Shown: positions 28,791-41,099, counted from the first letter of the stretch. The stretch: DNA of 64,000 nt from an uncultured delta proteobacterium (GCA_963696385.1 CAVOKF010000005.1:800001-864000), one strand, 5' to 3'. Made by a program: numbers and translations. Notes: generated by a model from the letters alone, not told the origin.

Positions 28791-29180
28791 ATGACTCGGT
28801 TCACTTTCCAGGGCATCGATCATGTGCAGCTCGCCGCTCCGCCCGACTGCGAGACCGAGGCGCGCGGTTTTTTCGGCGAGCTGCTGGGCCTCCCCGAGGT
28901 ACCCAAGCCCCCCGCATTGGCCGTGCGAGGGGGCGCATGGTTTCAGTGTGGCGCGCAACAGATCCACGTCGGAGTCGAGAAAGACTTTCGCGCTGCGAAG
29001 AAGGCTCACCCCGCCTTGCGCCTCTTGGACGAAACTTCGTTCCATGCGCTGTGGCAACGGCTGAAGCAGGCTGGGGTTCCGCTTCGCGAGGACGATGAGA
29101 TCGGAGACTCGCTGCGGTTCTTCGCCGATGATCCGTGGGGCAACCGACTGGAATTCGTCGCAGCGAAAACCATTGGGTAA
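28791..29180 (+). CDS. VOC/glyoxalase family protein
   Basis: IDHVQLAAP, KKAHPAL, FFADDPWGNRLEF. Confidence 0.9.
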   Translation: MTRFTFQGIDHVQLAAPPDCETEARGFFGELLGLPEVPKPPALAVRGGAWFQCGAQQIHVGVEKDFRAAKKAHPALRLLDETSFHALWQRLKQAGVPLREDDEIGDSLRFFADDPWGNRLEFVAAKTIG

Positions 29181-29201
29181 ATGGAGCGGTCAACGCGCTA
29201 A

Positions 29202-29301
29202 GGCGTCGTCCGTAAATCATGGAACGGATTGGCGCGGGCCGATGGGCGTTTCCGCGATACGGGAGAGCGCGATACCAGGTCCGCAATTCATGGACGGCGC
29301 C
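29202..29301. mobile_element. Family D MITE-like element (100 bp), 16-bp TIRs, 3-bp TAA TSD
   Basis: GGCGTCGTCCGTAAAT (29202-17) vs reverse complement of 29286-301 GGCGCCGTCCATGAAT (13/16); TAA at 29199-201 and 29302-304. Confidence 0.65.
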
Positions 29302-29352
29302 TAAAGTGCCGGATCGGCGTTGGAGGTCGGGGTCGGTCCCGTCAACTTGGGG

Positions 29353-29892
29353 CTATGCCCTCTTCCACGGTCGGTCGGTCACGCGACCCGGGCCCGTCGC
29401 CTCGCCTTCGGGAAACCGCGCCGCAAGGTCGGCGCAGATGCGTTCGAGCTCGATCCGGTCCTCCTCGGTGAACGCCGCCGGCTGGTCGGAGTCCACGTCG
29501 AGAACGGCAAGCAGCGAACCCCCAGGCGACACGACCGGGACGACGATCTCGGAACGCGTGGCGCTCGAGCATGCGATGTGACCGGGAAAGGTCGCCACGT
29601 CGTCCACCCGTTGGGTGCGAAGTGTGCGCGCCGCCGCTCCGCAGACGCCTCGCGAAAAGGGGATCCGAAGGCAACCGTGTCCACCTTGGTAGGGCCCAAC
29701 GATGAGAAGGCCCGGCTGCGCGACGCGGTAGAAGCCGGTCCAGTCGAAGGCGTCGAACGCCGCGTGGAGCTCGCACGCGATCGTGGCCAGCGCGGCGATC
29801 CAGTCGTCCTCGCCATCGAGCAGATGGGCGAGCCGGTCCCGCACGTGCGCGTATCGCTCTCGACCGGCGGTCGGCTCGCCCGGGACCCTCAC
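29353..29892 (-). CDS. GAF-domain protein, free Met-R-sulfoxide reductase (MsrC/YebR)-like (start uncertain)
   Basis: WTGFY, GPYQG..GC, GVCG, PGHIACSS, SEIVVP, VLDVDS. Confidence 0.85.
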   Translation of the reverse strand: MRVPGEPTAGRERYAHVRDRLAHLLDGEDDWIAALATIACELHAAFDAFDWTGFYRVAQPGLLIVGPYQGGHGCLRIPFSRGVCGAAARTLRTQRVDDVATFPGHIACSSATRSEIVVPVVSPGGSLLAVLDVDSDQPAAFTEEDRIELERICADLAARFPEGEATGPGRVTDRPWKRA

Positions 29893-30072
29893 GCACCCGA
29901 ACAATAGCGGCGTCCGTGCGGATGCGCTCTCCGGGTCATCGCCGTCCCCCGTGGCCAAGCGGGGCCGCCTTGATCGCGGATGCGGCGTACGAGCGCATAC
30001 GGCAAATCGGCCTCGGCTTCACGGCCGCCGAGGAGAGCTCTCCCGTGACACACCCGCCGTCGACATCCGGAC

Positions 30073-33000
30073 CTACCCTGGCGACGCATCGTCGGGGCCG
30101 CGGAGCCGGGGAGGCGAGCGAGTGTCTCGAGCGGGAGGCGAACCCAGCCGGACGCGAACCTCGCGCGTGCCCGTGGCAGCCGGATCCACAACAATTCGGT
30201 TCGAATCGAGTCTCGTGCCGTCCAGCGTCATCGCAGCGACGCCCGTCGCCACGCGGTCGGGATTTTCGAAGACGAGGTGAATCGTTTGCGCCCCGAGGCG
30301 AACCCAGGCTTCAAACCCCTCCCAGCTCGGGGGAATGCACGGATCAATCCGTAGCTGACCGTCCTCCTTCCGGAGGCCGAGAATCGCCTCGATGCCGAGT
30401 CGCCACATCCACGCCGCAGCCCCCGTATACCACGTCCAGCCACCACGCCCGACCCATGGGGGACAGCTGTAGACATCGCCGGCGAGTGCATACGGCTCGA
30501 CTCGATAGCGCACGGCGTCCTCGTTCGTGCGAACGCGCAGGACCGGATTGAGCAGGCGAAAGATCCGCTCGGCGCATTCCCCGTCGCCCAGGGCCGCGTG
30601 GGCGAAGCCGAGCCACGTCGCGGCGTGCGTGTACTGCCCTCCGTTTTCCCGAACCCCACGCGGGTAGGCGCGAACGTATCCCGGGTCGTGCAGAGTGCTG
30701 TTGTAGGGCGGCCAAAAGAGCAGCACGAGCCGATCGGCGTCGCGTACGAGCTGCTCGTCGGTCGCGCGCATCGCTGTGCGCGCCCGGGTCCCCTGGCCGT
30801 CGCTTCGACTCGAAAGGACCGCCCAGGACTGGGCGATCGAGTCGATACGGCACTCGCGGCTTTTGGCCGAGCCGACGAGCGAACCGTCGTCGTGGAACGC
30901 TCGAAGATACCAGCCGCCGTCCCATGCGACGTTTCGCAGCCTCGTCCGCAACGATTCGGCCCGCGGCGTCCATTTCAAGGCCTCGACCGTGTCGTTTCTG
31001 CGCATGGCCAGGGCGGCAAAGCAATCCATCGTGTCGCACAAGAACCAGCCGAGCCAGACGCTCTCGCCACGCCCCTCCGCGCCCACGCGGTTCAGTCCGT
31101 CGTTCCAATCGCCGTCTCCCATCAGCGGCAACCCGTGGACCCCTTCGGTCAAGGCGCGTTCGAGCGCCCTTCGGCAGTGCTCGAAGAGCGGCGCCGTGGA
31201 CGCCAACGTTCCGAATTCGGCGTATCGGTCGTGCTCGGACGGCAGCAAAGGTGCTCCCTCGAGGAACGGAACGGGCTCTTCGAGGATCGCCGTGTCTCCC
31301 GTGACCGAGACGTATTCGCTCGTGACATAGGCAAGCCACGCCATGTCATCGGAGCACCGTGTGCGGACACCGCGACCGGAAGGGGGGTGCCACCAATGAA
31401 GAACGTCGCCTTGCTCGAACTGGTGCTTGGCCGCCTCCAAGATGTGCGCGCGCGCGATTGCCGGAGCGCCGTGCAGCAGGGCAAGAACATCCTGAAGCTG
31501 GTCCCGATACCCGAATGCGCCGCTCGACTGGTAGAAGCCCGTGCGCCCGAACACACGCGAAGACAAGCTCTGGTAGAGTAGCCACCGGTTGAGCATCAGG
31601 TCCATCGACGGCTCCGGCGTTTTGACGCGGATGCTTCCGAGAATGCCGTCCCAGAACGAGCGCAATTCGTTCCACGCCGTATCGACCGCGGCCGCTTCGC
31701 GAAAGCGGGCCACGAGGTCCAGCGCGTCGGGGCGAGTCGACGATTGCCCGAGGATGAAATGCGTTTCCATCTCCTCGCCCGAACCCAGATCGATGTGCAC
31801 CTGAAGCGCCGCGCACGGATCGTCGCCCAGATCGGTGCGCCCGGAGAGCCCCCAACGCTCGAGCGCTTCGGGACGCGCCGCATCGCCGCGTCGCCCCAGA
31901 AACTCACCGCGATCGGCCGTAAACCCGTGTGCCGGCTTCTGCGACGCCAGGAACGCGACGCGTCCGCCAAACTCCGCGTTCCAGTGGCATGTGGCCAGTA
32001 GGCAGGAGCGGTCCCGGTCGAAGTCCGACACGATGTAAGGCCGTTGCGTCTCGCGCCGGCTGCCGAGAACCCACTCCGCATAGTAGGTCGCCGTCAGCCG
32101 CCGGTGCCGCGCGAGCGTGTTCTTGAGCCGAAGGCGCACGACTTTGAGCGTCGCGTTGGGCGGAACGAAGACCGTGAGCATTTGAACGAGACCGTGGCTC
32201 TCGCGCTCGTACGTCGTGTAACCGGCGCCGTGGCGGATGAGCGTATATCCACCGCCTCCGGCAGGCAGGGGCGTGGGCGACCAAACCGCCGCTGTCTCTT
32301 CGTCTCTCAGGTACAGGGCTTCCGAGGGGGTATCGAAGACAGGATCGTTTCTCCAGGGGGTGAGCCGGTTCTCGCCGCTATTGAGCGACCACGTGACCCC
32401 GAGCGACGACTCGCTCACCAGGCACCCGAAGTCCCGGTTGGCGAGGACGTTGCACCACGGCGCTGGGGTCGACCTCGCCGGCCCGACTTCGAGGACGTAC
32501 TCGCGACCGTCTTCGGAGAAGCCGCCTGTGCCGTTGTCGAAGGACAATGCGGGTCGCAAACGCGGTTGGTCGGCCGTCTCGTCGACGAGCGTCGGTTCGA
32601 ACCGCGGCAGCATCGGGGGGCCTTCGACGGCACGTCCCCATCGCGCTCCGAGCGAGCCCTCACGCGTATCGAGCACGACTCGCGCACAGGCCTCCAGGTG
32701 GCACATCTCGCTTTCTGGGACGCGATCGGCGGCGACCACGAAGATGCCGCCGTGCCGGTTGAGCCAATCGTCGGCTCCGTTGTCGGAGAGCACACGCTGA
32801 AGGGTTCCCGATCCTTCGGTCAGGTATCCCGACGGGTGCTCGTCGATGAGAACGAGATCAACCGGCACGCCGCACGCTCGAAGGTAGCGCTGAGCGGCGA
32901 GTGTTTCGGCGAGCAGGGGGACGTTGGGGTCGCTCACACGCACGAGCACGATCGGCTCGTCGCCGGAGATGCCTCGACCCCAGAGACGGCGTTGGCAAGG

Positions 33001-36000
33001 TGGCGCGGCCGCCCTCGCCGCAGCCGGGGCGCGCAGAGCCGGATCGCCGAAGACCAGTGCCGAGAACAGGCGCTGAACGGTCGGCAACAGCGCGGGTTCG
33101 ATCTTCGCACTCTGCAGCCGGCGGGAACTCTCCTGCTCGGCATCGAGAAAGGTCCACCGAACGCCGTGCATCGATCCGTATTTTCGGGCCAAGTCGACCG
33201 CGGAACCCCTCGATCGGCCTACCGTGGTGACGAAGGCGAGCTTCACCGAGCCCATCGGCGCGAGATCGACGCGCGCCATCAGACTCATGATGGGATCGAG
33301 CACCGCGCCGATGCGACCGCGAAGCCCCCGCTGACCGGCGACGAGCGCTGCCGGCGCTTGAGGGCTCTCGCCGCGTCCGAAAAAGGCTCCGCGATCGGTT
33401 TCGTAGCCGGCGAATGCGACGGCGGCGCCGTCGCGAACGAGGCGATGCACGACCACCGCCGGTTCTTCTTCGGGCGACTGGGGGCGGCGGGCAAAGAGAA
33501 GGGCGTCGAGTTCAGTGAGCCGTTCGCTCTCGACGAACATGCTCGAAAAGGCCGGATGCGTCGGCGCCTGCTTGGTGTCGAACAGCACGGGCCTGCCCGT
33601 GCTCGTCACCGTCAAATGCCGCGGGCGATTCGTTTCGTTGTGAAGCGTGATCTGACGCACTTCGACGTCGTCGGTCGCTGCCACGGCGACGTCGACATGG
33701 ACCGATATGCCTTCGTTGCGCCGATGGAACTCGACTTTGTGCATCGCATACGTCGTTCGACCGTCTCGCGACGTCGCCATCCAGATTTGTCGAGTCTCCT
33801 CGTCACGCAGATAGAACCACATCCCCTCGCCGTCGCGCGTGCCGTCGGGCTCGTAGCGCGTGAGCGCGAGCCCCTGCCAACGGAGGCCGCCGCCCCCGGA
33901 GCTCGTCAGCCAGCTCGTCAGGCGACCGTTGCTCAACACGAACCCTTGCAGACCCGCCGGATCGACCGATGACCACGGGGCCGGAGCGCGCGGCGGCGGC
34001 ACGGCCTCGGCAGCGCCCCCGACCTTGGCGCCGTCGGCGACGGGCCACTCCGCCGGCGCGGCGTCGGGCGCACGCTCGTTGAGCAACACGTCGCCCGTCT
34101 CGACTTGCGGATCGGAATGAAACCGGTCGACCATGGTGCGGCGGTTCAAGAAGTTGCCGAGCGCCACGAACAGCATTCCTTGGTGGTGTGCCATGTACGA
34201 GCGCACGACGGTGAAAGGTTGTCCGCGCGGTGCGTGGTCGAGCGGCAGGGGCGCGCGGTCGGGGGTCAAATCGACCGCCTCGAACAGTCCGTACGCTCCG
34301 AGCATACCCATCGCTTCGAGCGCCATGACGTTGTGGACGACCGCCCGCGGCCGGATCGATACGGCAAGGATCGACGCATATGGAGTCACGACCTGATCTT
34401 CTTCGAGTCCGCGCTTGAAACCGAGCCCAGGCACACCGAAGGAGCGGTATTGATACGTTTGGTCCGCGTCGACGTGCGCGTACGCCGACTCGGAGATACC
34501 CCAAGGGCTCTTGTGGCGCTTGCCGTAGGCGATCTGGGCTTCGACCGCGAGGGCGCTCGTCCGGGCGAGCAGCGTACCTTCCTGGCTTCTCATCAATAGA
34601 CCCGGCATGAGGTACTCGAACATCGTTCCGCCCCACGACAAGAGCGCCGGGTCGCCGGCCACCTGCGTCATCGGTCGACCCAGGGCGTACCAATGGGACT
34701 CGGGCACGTCGCGCTTGACGATCGCCACGTAGCTCGCGAGCCGTGCCTCCGACGCCAATAGATCGTAGTGATGCAGATCGACCTGGTCGATGGTCGCGTC
34801 ATAGCCGATGCGAAAGAGCTTTCTTTCCTCGTCGTAGAGAAGTGCGAAATCCATCGCGCGCACCTCTTCGTCTGCCCGCGAGCCGAGCGACAGGAGCTCT
34901 GCGATCAGAGCCGTGGCGTTGGCCTCCGCAGCGCGAAAGGCTTCCACCAGCCGCTGCGCCGATAAGTCGAGGACGGCGGACGCTTCTCCGCGCGAACGCC
35001 GCTCGGTTTGCCTTGCGTCGAGATCGAGCCGAAGTCGCTTGGCGACGGCCGGAATCTCGTCGAGCCGCAGATCCGTGGGCAGATCGATGGCGTGAGCGGT
35101 CGCTTCGTCGGTCAGCGCGAGCCAGGGCAATAGCGCGTCGAATTCGCGCCGCATCTGGCTGAGCTGCTGGTGAAGTCGGTCGATCGCGGTTCGAAGGGTA
35201 CGCAGCAAATCGGCTTCATGGCGGGCCGCGCCGGTTTCGAGAAACGCGAGGAGTTCGCGATCGAGCTCTGCGGAGGTCACCTCGCAGAGGGTCCGAAGCG
35301 TAGCGTGGGAGTCGGCAAGGCCGCTCTGCGCGCGAAGACTCACATCCTGCATGCGTGAGACGATCGACCGAAGCGAGTCGACCGCACCGAGCGGGGCCGA
35401 CATGATGACTTCCTCGAGAAGATCGATCGAATCCGAGAGACCCTCCCATGCCTCGGCGCGAACGACGGGAGCCGCCGTCACTTCTCGGCACCCGTGCTTC
35501 AGGGCGAGGAGGCACCCCGCAAAGTTTCCGCTGTCGACCGTCGATACGTAGCGGGGAAGCAGCGGCTGCAGGTTCGTCGTGTCGTACCAATTGAGAAGAT
35601 GGCCTTGGTAATGGGGCATCCGCGTGATGCTGTCGAACGCTCTGCGCAGGCGGAGCGAAAGCTCGCTCGGACCGATGTAGCCAAAGTCGTACGCCGAGAG
35701 CGTCGCCAGGAGCATCAAACCGATGTTGGTCGGGGACGTGCGATGGGCGGTCTGCTCACGCGGCTCTTCCTGGTGGTTGTCGACCGGCAGCCACTGGTCG
35801 TTCGGCCCGACGAACGCATCGAAGAAGCGCCAGGTGCGCCGCGCGAGCAAGCGCAGCTTTTTTCTCTCGCTCGCCGTGATGTGTTCGGTGCGCGAGCGCG
35901 GAGCCCGACTCACCCAACGCGCGAGCTCGGGGGCCAATAGCCAAATCGAAAGGATCGGTGCGGCCGCGATGCACGCCGAAGGTCGCACCCAGACGACCAG

Positions 36001-38614
36001 AGCGCCGGTCAAGATAGCGATCAAGGGCGACGCGATCATCGTCTGCCAAAAGACGGTGCGGGGAGATCGCGCACCGACCGTGAACGCCGCGTGGGCGGCG
36101 CTCGTCCATTGCAACAGGTGCTTTCGCGTGATGGTCGTTCTCACGAGGACGCGTACGACGGCGTCCACGACAATGGCAGCCTCGTAAGCGAGAAACGCCA
36201 CCGCGAGCGCGTACCGCGCCAGGTTCGCGAGGCGCATTCGATGGCCGCCCGTGAGCGCCGGCAGGATCGGCGCGAGAAGGATGGCCAGCACACCCAGCGT
36301 CCAGAGCGGCGCACTTGCCGGCAGGCAGGTCCAGCCGAGGACGAGCAGCGCGAGGATGAGAGGGCTCGTGAGGCTCCGCCGAAGATTGTCGGCGATCTTC
36401 CAGCGATCGATGCCCAGCAGGGTATTTTTGCGCCGGTCTCCGCTCGCGGAAGGCACGCTCGCGAAGAGCCAAGGAAAAAGCTGCCAGTCGCCCCGCACCC
36501 ATCGGTGCATCCTCAGGGCGTATGTCGCGTAGTTCGAGGGGTAGCCCTCGAAGAGAGGGATGTCGCTCGCGAGGGCGGTTCGTCCGTGGATCCCTTCGAA
36601 GAGGTCGTGACTGACGAGAGCGTTCTCGGGCGCCCGCCCTTCGACGCTCCGCATGAAAGCGTCGACGTCGTAGATTCCCTTTCCGACGTAGATCCCGGAG
36701 CCGAAGAGGTCTTGATAGAGCTCCGAGCATGCGTGCGTATAGATGTCGAGCCCGACGTCGCCGGCAAAGATGCGCGAAAAGCGGGTCAGACGCGAGCTCG
36801 AAGGGGACGTCTCGATGCGAGGTTGCACGATGGTGTATCCCGCTACGACGCGACCCGTTTTGGCTTCGAACACCGCGCGGTTCAACGGGTGCATCAAAAG
36901 CCCCACGAGCCGGGCCGCGCTTCCCATCGGCAGCTGCGTGTCGCTATCGAGAGTGATGACGAAGCGAATTCCAAGAAGCGATTGGGGGTCGCCTACATGG
37001 CGGGAGTAGCTCGTCGCGGTGTCCCCACGAAGCAAGCGATTGAGCTCCTCCAACTTTCCACGTTTGCGCTCCCACCCCATGAAGCGCTGCTCGGACGGAT
37101 TCCAGGGCCGATCCCGATGCAGGAGGTGAAACGGACCGCGCCCATCCTGGCCGTGCCTCGTGTTGAGCGTCTCGATTTTCTGCGACGCGCTCTCGAGCAG
37201 GGACTTCTTCTCCGAACCGGGATCGAGCGCTTTGGCGTCTACGTCATCGGTGAGAAGTGCGAACTCGATCTGGGGGTCGGGATTCGAAAGATAGTGGAGC
37301 TCGATCTGGCGGATCATGGCCGTCACGTCCTCGGCCCGCCCGAGCAAAGTCGGGATGACGACGAGGGTTCGCGCTTCGGCGGGCAAACCTTTCTCGAAGT
37401 TCAGCTTCGGCAAGGTTCGCGGCGGCAGCACTCGCGCGAACACGACGTGCAGAAACGCGAGGGCTGCCGCCGACGTCGGAATGACGGCGACGATGACGGC
37501 CACGCCAATCCACAGGACGCGGGCGCGGTCATTTGCGCCGGTCGCTACGAAATACGCGGCCAACGCCAGCAGGGGTGTCCAGGTCAAGAGCGTCAGCGGC
37601 ACGAGATACGAGACCGTCGGCCAACGTGTGATCGCTCTGCGGAACAGCTCCAGGCCCACCGGCCGGTACCCGAGCCGCTGCTCCAGGGCATGCCGTCCTT
37701 CGGCGATCAGGTAGTAGCCCACGTGGCCGCGACGCTCGTCGGGTGCGTGGTCGCGCGCGAAGGAAGTGACGAGGTTGGCCACGCTTTCCTCGGAACTGCC
37801 CGTGGCCCACGCCAGCCTCTCGATGACCTTTCGGTACGAATCGCACGTCTCGAAATCCATCCGTGAATACACGCGCGAGGGCTCGGTCCGCAGGATGGCT
37901 TCGACGCGGTTTGTCTTCTCGAAAAATGCTTTCCAGTCGATGACGTCGAGCACGCGCAGCGCGCGAATCGACCGCTCTACGCCCACTTCCGGGTCGACCA
38001 CGATCGATTCGATCCCTTCGCCGGGACCGTCCGTGCGACGGCGCGGGAGAACCCGACGATCTCTGTCGCGGCCGGGGATGCCTGAAATCCTCGAAAAACT
38101 CGAGAAGGTGCTCGAGCACCGCCGCCCGCAGCATCGTGGGTAAGGCCCACAGCTCGGCAATCGTCAACGGCGATACGGCCTGATAGGCATCGACGAAGCG
38201 GCGCAAGACGGGCAAATCGAGCATCATCGTGCTCTTGGCCACGAGAGCGCGCGCCAGCACGTCGATGCGCGGCCGGCCCTTTGCCGGACCGGACGCGAGT
38301 TGGGGAAGGTGGCGCACGAAGCCTTGCGGGAACTCTTCTTCCACCTGTCGCGCGACCCGGCGAATCAGGTAGTAGTTGTCGAGAAACCACTCGGCGGCTT
38401 TCAGAAGCTTGGCGTCGACCGGAGAGGTGGCCGCAAGGTGCTTCTGGACGCGCTCCAGGCGGCGCGCAATCGGTCGCGGTTCGAAAAAATGGGTCGTGAA
38501 CCTCCGGGCCCGCGCGAGATCGCGCTGCCCTTGGGCCAGGGCGCGCGCATCCGCTTCGAGGGCGACGGCATTCGCGCTGCTCTCGACCGTCGCGGCGTCT
38601 GCACTGGCCGTCAC
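30073..38614 (-). CDS. cgs: Cyclic beta-1,2-glucan synthase (Cgs/NdvB/ChvB-type: GT84, cyclisation domain, GH94 phosphorylase); one frameshift at ~38085
   Basis: WFLDNYY, ELWALPTMLR, MGWERKRGK, ITLDSDT, SHDLFEG, RWVRGDWQ, YDLLASEARL, WGISES, GAFGYRDQLQD, GDWNDG, ENGGQYTHAA; ~2850 aa when joined. Confidence 0.9.
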
Positions 38615-39729
38615 GCCCTCTCCGACGCGTAGCTCGCGCGCAACGACGGCGGCGAAAGTTGCGCATCGACGTTTGGAATGCGGTGAGCGTCGCACTCCGG
38701 CAGGTCTTGCAGGACCAGCACGGGGATCGTCGAATGGGTGAGAAGAAACGCCGTGACGCTTCCGAAGGACCGCCCCGAATCGCAGGCCGATCCGTGTGCG
38801 GACAGGACGATGAGGTCGCTCTGCTCCCTCTGTGAGACGTCGAGAAGGCACTGGCGTTCGTTCGAATGCCGAACGACCAGCGTTCGAACCGACGTCACCT
38901 CACGGGCGAGTTGCTGCTGGAGGTGCTCCAAATAGCGCTTGGCGCCGAACTCGAGACGCTCGGCGAGCTTGCGCACGAGATCGATGTCTTCGGCCGCGTC
39001 GAGCAGTGCGGTCGGGAGAGGTTCTTGAACGGCGTGGACCAGCAGCAAGGTCGCGCCCGAAGCGTTGGCGATCCGAGCCGCGGCGGGCAGGACGCTTTCG
39101 GTTCGCAGCGAGCCGTCGAGCGGAACGAGGATGCGCTTGGGAGTCACCTCCGTAGGGGCCATTCTCGACGAATGAGCGATGAACACCGAACAGCGCGCGA
39201 GCGACAGCACCTGCTGCGCCGTCCGGCCGAGGCTGCCCACTGAGGCTCCCCCGTCGCCGCGACTGCCGAGAACGATGATGTCCGCGGCGATTTCAACCGC
39301 CAGATCGACGATCCGCTCGGCGGGTCGCCCTTGCTCGAGGCGGATCTCGGCCGGCTCCCCCAAGGCGAGCGAGACTTCGCTGTCGAGTCGCTCGAGGTAG
39401 CGCTTGGCCTCTTGCCTGGAGATTTCCCAACCGAGCGCATCGTTCATCGGCCGAGCATGGTCCTCGTGGTGCGGTTGCATCACCTGCACGATGGTGATGG
39501 CGCCTCCGAAGGTCTGTGCGAGCCAGACCGCGTAAGGGACACAACCCTCTGCGAAGGACGAATGGTCGACGCAAACGAGGATGCGACGCCGGGACGCTTG
39601 GTTTGCTGCTCCCGGAGCATTCGAGAGGGAAGCGGTCATCTCGCCCGCCGGCGTCGTCGTCGTCTCGAAGCCGCTTCGCGCCTCGGGGGGGAATGGGATG
39701 CGCGCGTTCGAAGGGTGGACGTTGGGCAT
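38611..39729 (-). CDS. Tandem universal stress protein (two USP domains)
   Basis: RRILVCVD.S, ADIIVLGSRG, KRILVPLDGS, DLIVLSAHG, FGSVT. Confidence 0.92.
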   Translation of the reverse strand: MPNVHPSNARIPFPPEARSGFETTTTPAGEMTASLSNAPGAANQASRRRILVCVDHSSFAEGCVPYAVWLAQTFGGAITIVQVMQPHHEDHARPMNDALGWEISRQEAKRYLERLDSEVSLALGEPAEIRLEQGRPAERIVDLAVEIAADIIVLGSRGDGGASVGSLGRTAQQVLSLARCSVFIAHSSRMAPTEVTPKRILVPLDGSLRTESVLPAAARIANASGATLLLVHAVQEPLPTALLDAAEDIDLVRKLAERLEFGAKRYLEHLQQQLAREVTSVRTLVVRHSNERQCLLDVSQREQSDLIVLSAHGSACDSGRSFGSVTAFLLTHSTIPVLVLQDLPECDAHRIPNVDAQLSPPSLRASYASERA

Positions 39730-39794
39730 GGATGAGTTCCTTTCGGGTGCACACCTGACGACAGCGCCCGACGGGTGGTGCGCTACGCGCAAGA

Positions 39795-39810
39795 TGCAAC
39801 TCTCGCGCCA
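39795..39810 (-). promoter_or_regulatory. Sigma-54 -24/-12 promoter for usp-cgs
   Basis: Minus strand TGGCGCGAGAGTTGCA (GG-N10-GC), 65 nt upstream of the USP ATG. Confidence 0.7.
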
Positions 39811-40108
39811 GGCACAGAAGCCTTGGCGCAGCGACGGAATTGCTATTTCGATAACGTCTGGTTCGCAGTTCGCGAAGTGCGACGCGGTACTCAGATTTCC
39901 CCGCCGTCTTCGCGCGGGTCAGCGGCCTCGCTCGAAAGGCGGGCCGCGACGACTGCCCCCCTTTCCGTATAGCCTACAATGGGGCCGAGCGCACATCCGG
40001 CTCCTCGCGGCGACGACGGGGCGCGATCCTCCTGGGGACCGCCCTAGGGCTCCGGGGCCATGCTGAAAGCGCGGAAAGGGCCGCGAAGACGGGTGGCGTC
40101 GGGCTAAA

Positions 40109-40210
40109 CTGAAGTTCCCCGCCCGCCGGGACATGCCTACATTTCGGGTCAATTTTGCCGATTCCACAGCAAGATCGCGAACTTCGGCGATTTTGGTTCA
40201 GGAACTTCAG
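40109..40210. mobile_element. Family B miniature IR element (102 bp), perfect 10-bp TIR, 6-bp TSD GCTAAA
   Basis: CTGAAGTTCC (40109-18)/GGAACTTCAG (40201-10); GCTAAA at 40103-08 and 40211-16. Confidence 0.75.
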
Positions 40211-40211
40211 G

Positions 40212-41042
40212 CTAAAGGGTACCAAATACCACGCTCGTGGACGGATAATCGAACGGCACCTCGATGCAGGTGGTTTCGGAACAAGTTGAACTCAGCGGGG
40301 AGAATGCCGCGGGCGCACATGCGCACATCCTGGCGATGTACCTTCCCGGCGGCGCGCAACCAGGCATCAAGCAGGCGCCTTCGAGCACCGGTGGTGGTTC
40401 TTGAATCAGACCGGGGCAGCCGACACCGACCGCGTAGAACACCCCGTTCCAAGTTTGCGTCACGGTACCCGCGTCTCCGAGCGCGGCCCAGAACGAGCCG
40501 ACGGGGGCGCTGAAGAAGCCTCCCATGCAATCGGCGCAGTCGGCTCCGCCCGTCAGCCCGGTGGGCGACAGGTAGAGCTGATCGCCGGCGGGGCAGAAGA
40601 TCGTGAGCCAGTTGAATGCGGGCAAGGGGCTGTCCCCACTCGTGCAGACCCAGTCCCCGGATGCGGCGTACAGCTGGAAGGTGATCGTTTCGGATCCGCA
40701 GCCGCCTGCATCGTCGACGGTCGCTGCGGCCAGGGTGCAGCCGCCCTCCGCGGTCTCCTCTGCGTCCCCGTCGTCCAGGCTAAGGCTCGAATTCCGCGAT
40801 CCGTCGAGATCGGTAGCCGCATCGACCGTCAGACTCGCGTCGATTTTCGCGCCCGTGTCGGAGGTGAGGGTCGCATCCGCCTGGCGCTGTCCGGAGTCCT
40901 CGTGGCTCGCACCCAGAGTGCCGGACGGGGGCTCGCCCCTCGGGTCGTCGCAGGCCACGGCCGCTGGGAGCGCCGGCAGAAGAGCGAGTGCCGAAACGCG
41001 CCGTAGCCAAGCCACCGGTCGCCGGGGGTGCTCGAACTTCAC
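40212..41042 (-). CDS. Cys-rich hypothetical lipoprotein
   Basis: GGAGG SD, lipobox VAC, DAG-rich linker, Cys-rich C-terminal domain. Confidence 0.65.
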   Translation of the reverse strand: MKFEHPRRPVAWLRRVSALALLPALPAAVACDDPRGEPPSGTLGASHEDSGQRQADATLTSDTGAKIDASLTVDAATDLDGSRNSSLSLDDGDAEETAEGGCTLAAATVDDAGGCGSETITFQLYAASGDWVCTSGDSPLPAFNWLTIFCPAGDQLYLSPTGLTGGADCADCMGGFFSAPVGSFWAALGDAGTVTQTWNGVFYAVGVGCPGLIQEPPPVLEGACLMPGCAPPGRYIARMCACAPAAFSPLSSTCSETTCIEVPFDYPSTSVVFGTL

Positions 41043-41080
41043 GAGCTTTCAGCACCTCCCGGCCGCGTTGCGACCGCCAC

Positions 41081-41099
41081 AATTAAAATCGTTCTCATC
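41081..41099. promoter_or_regulatory. Fur-box-like operator
   Basis: AATTAAAATCGTTCTCATC matches AATGAGAAT-N-ATTCTCATT at 14/18; adjacent to minus-strand TTGACG (41101-06), ~40 nt upstream of the lipoprotein start. Confidence 0.5.
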
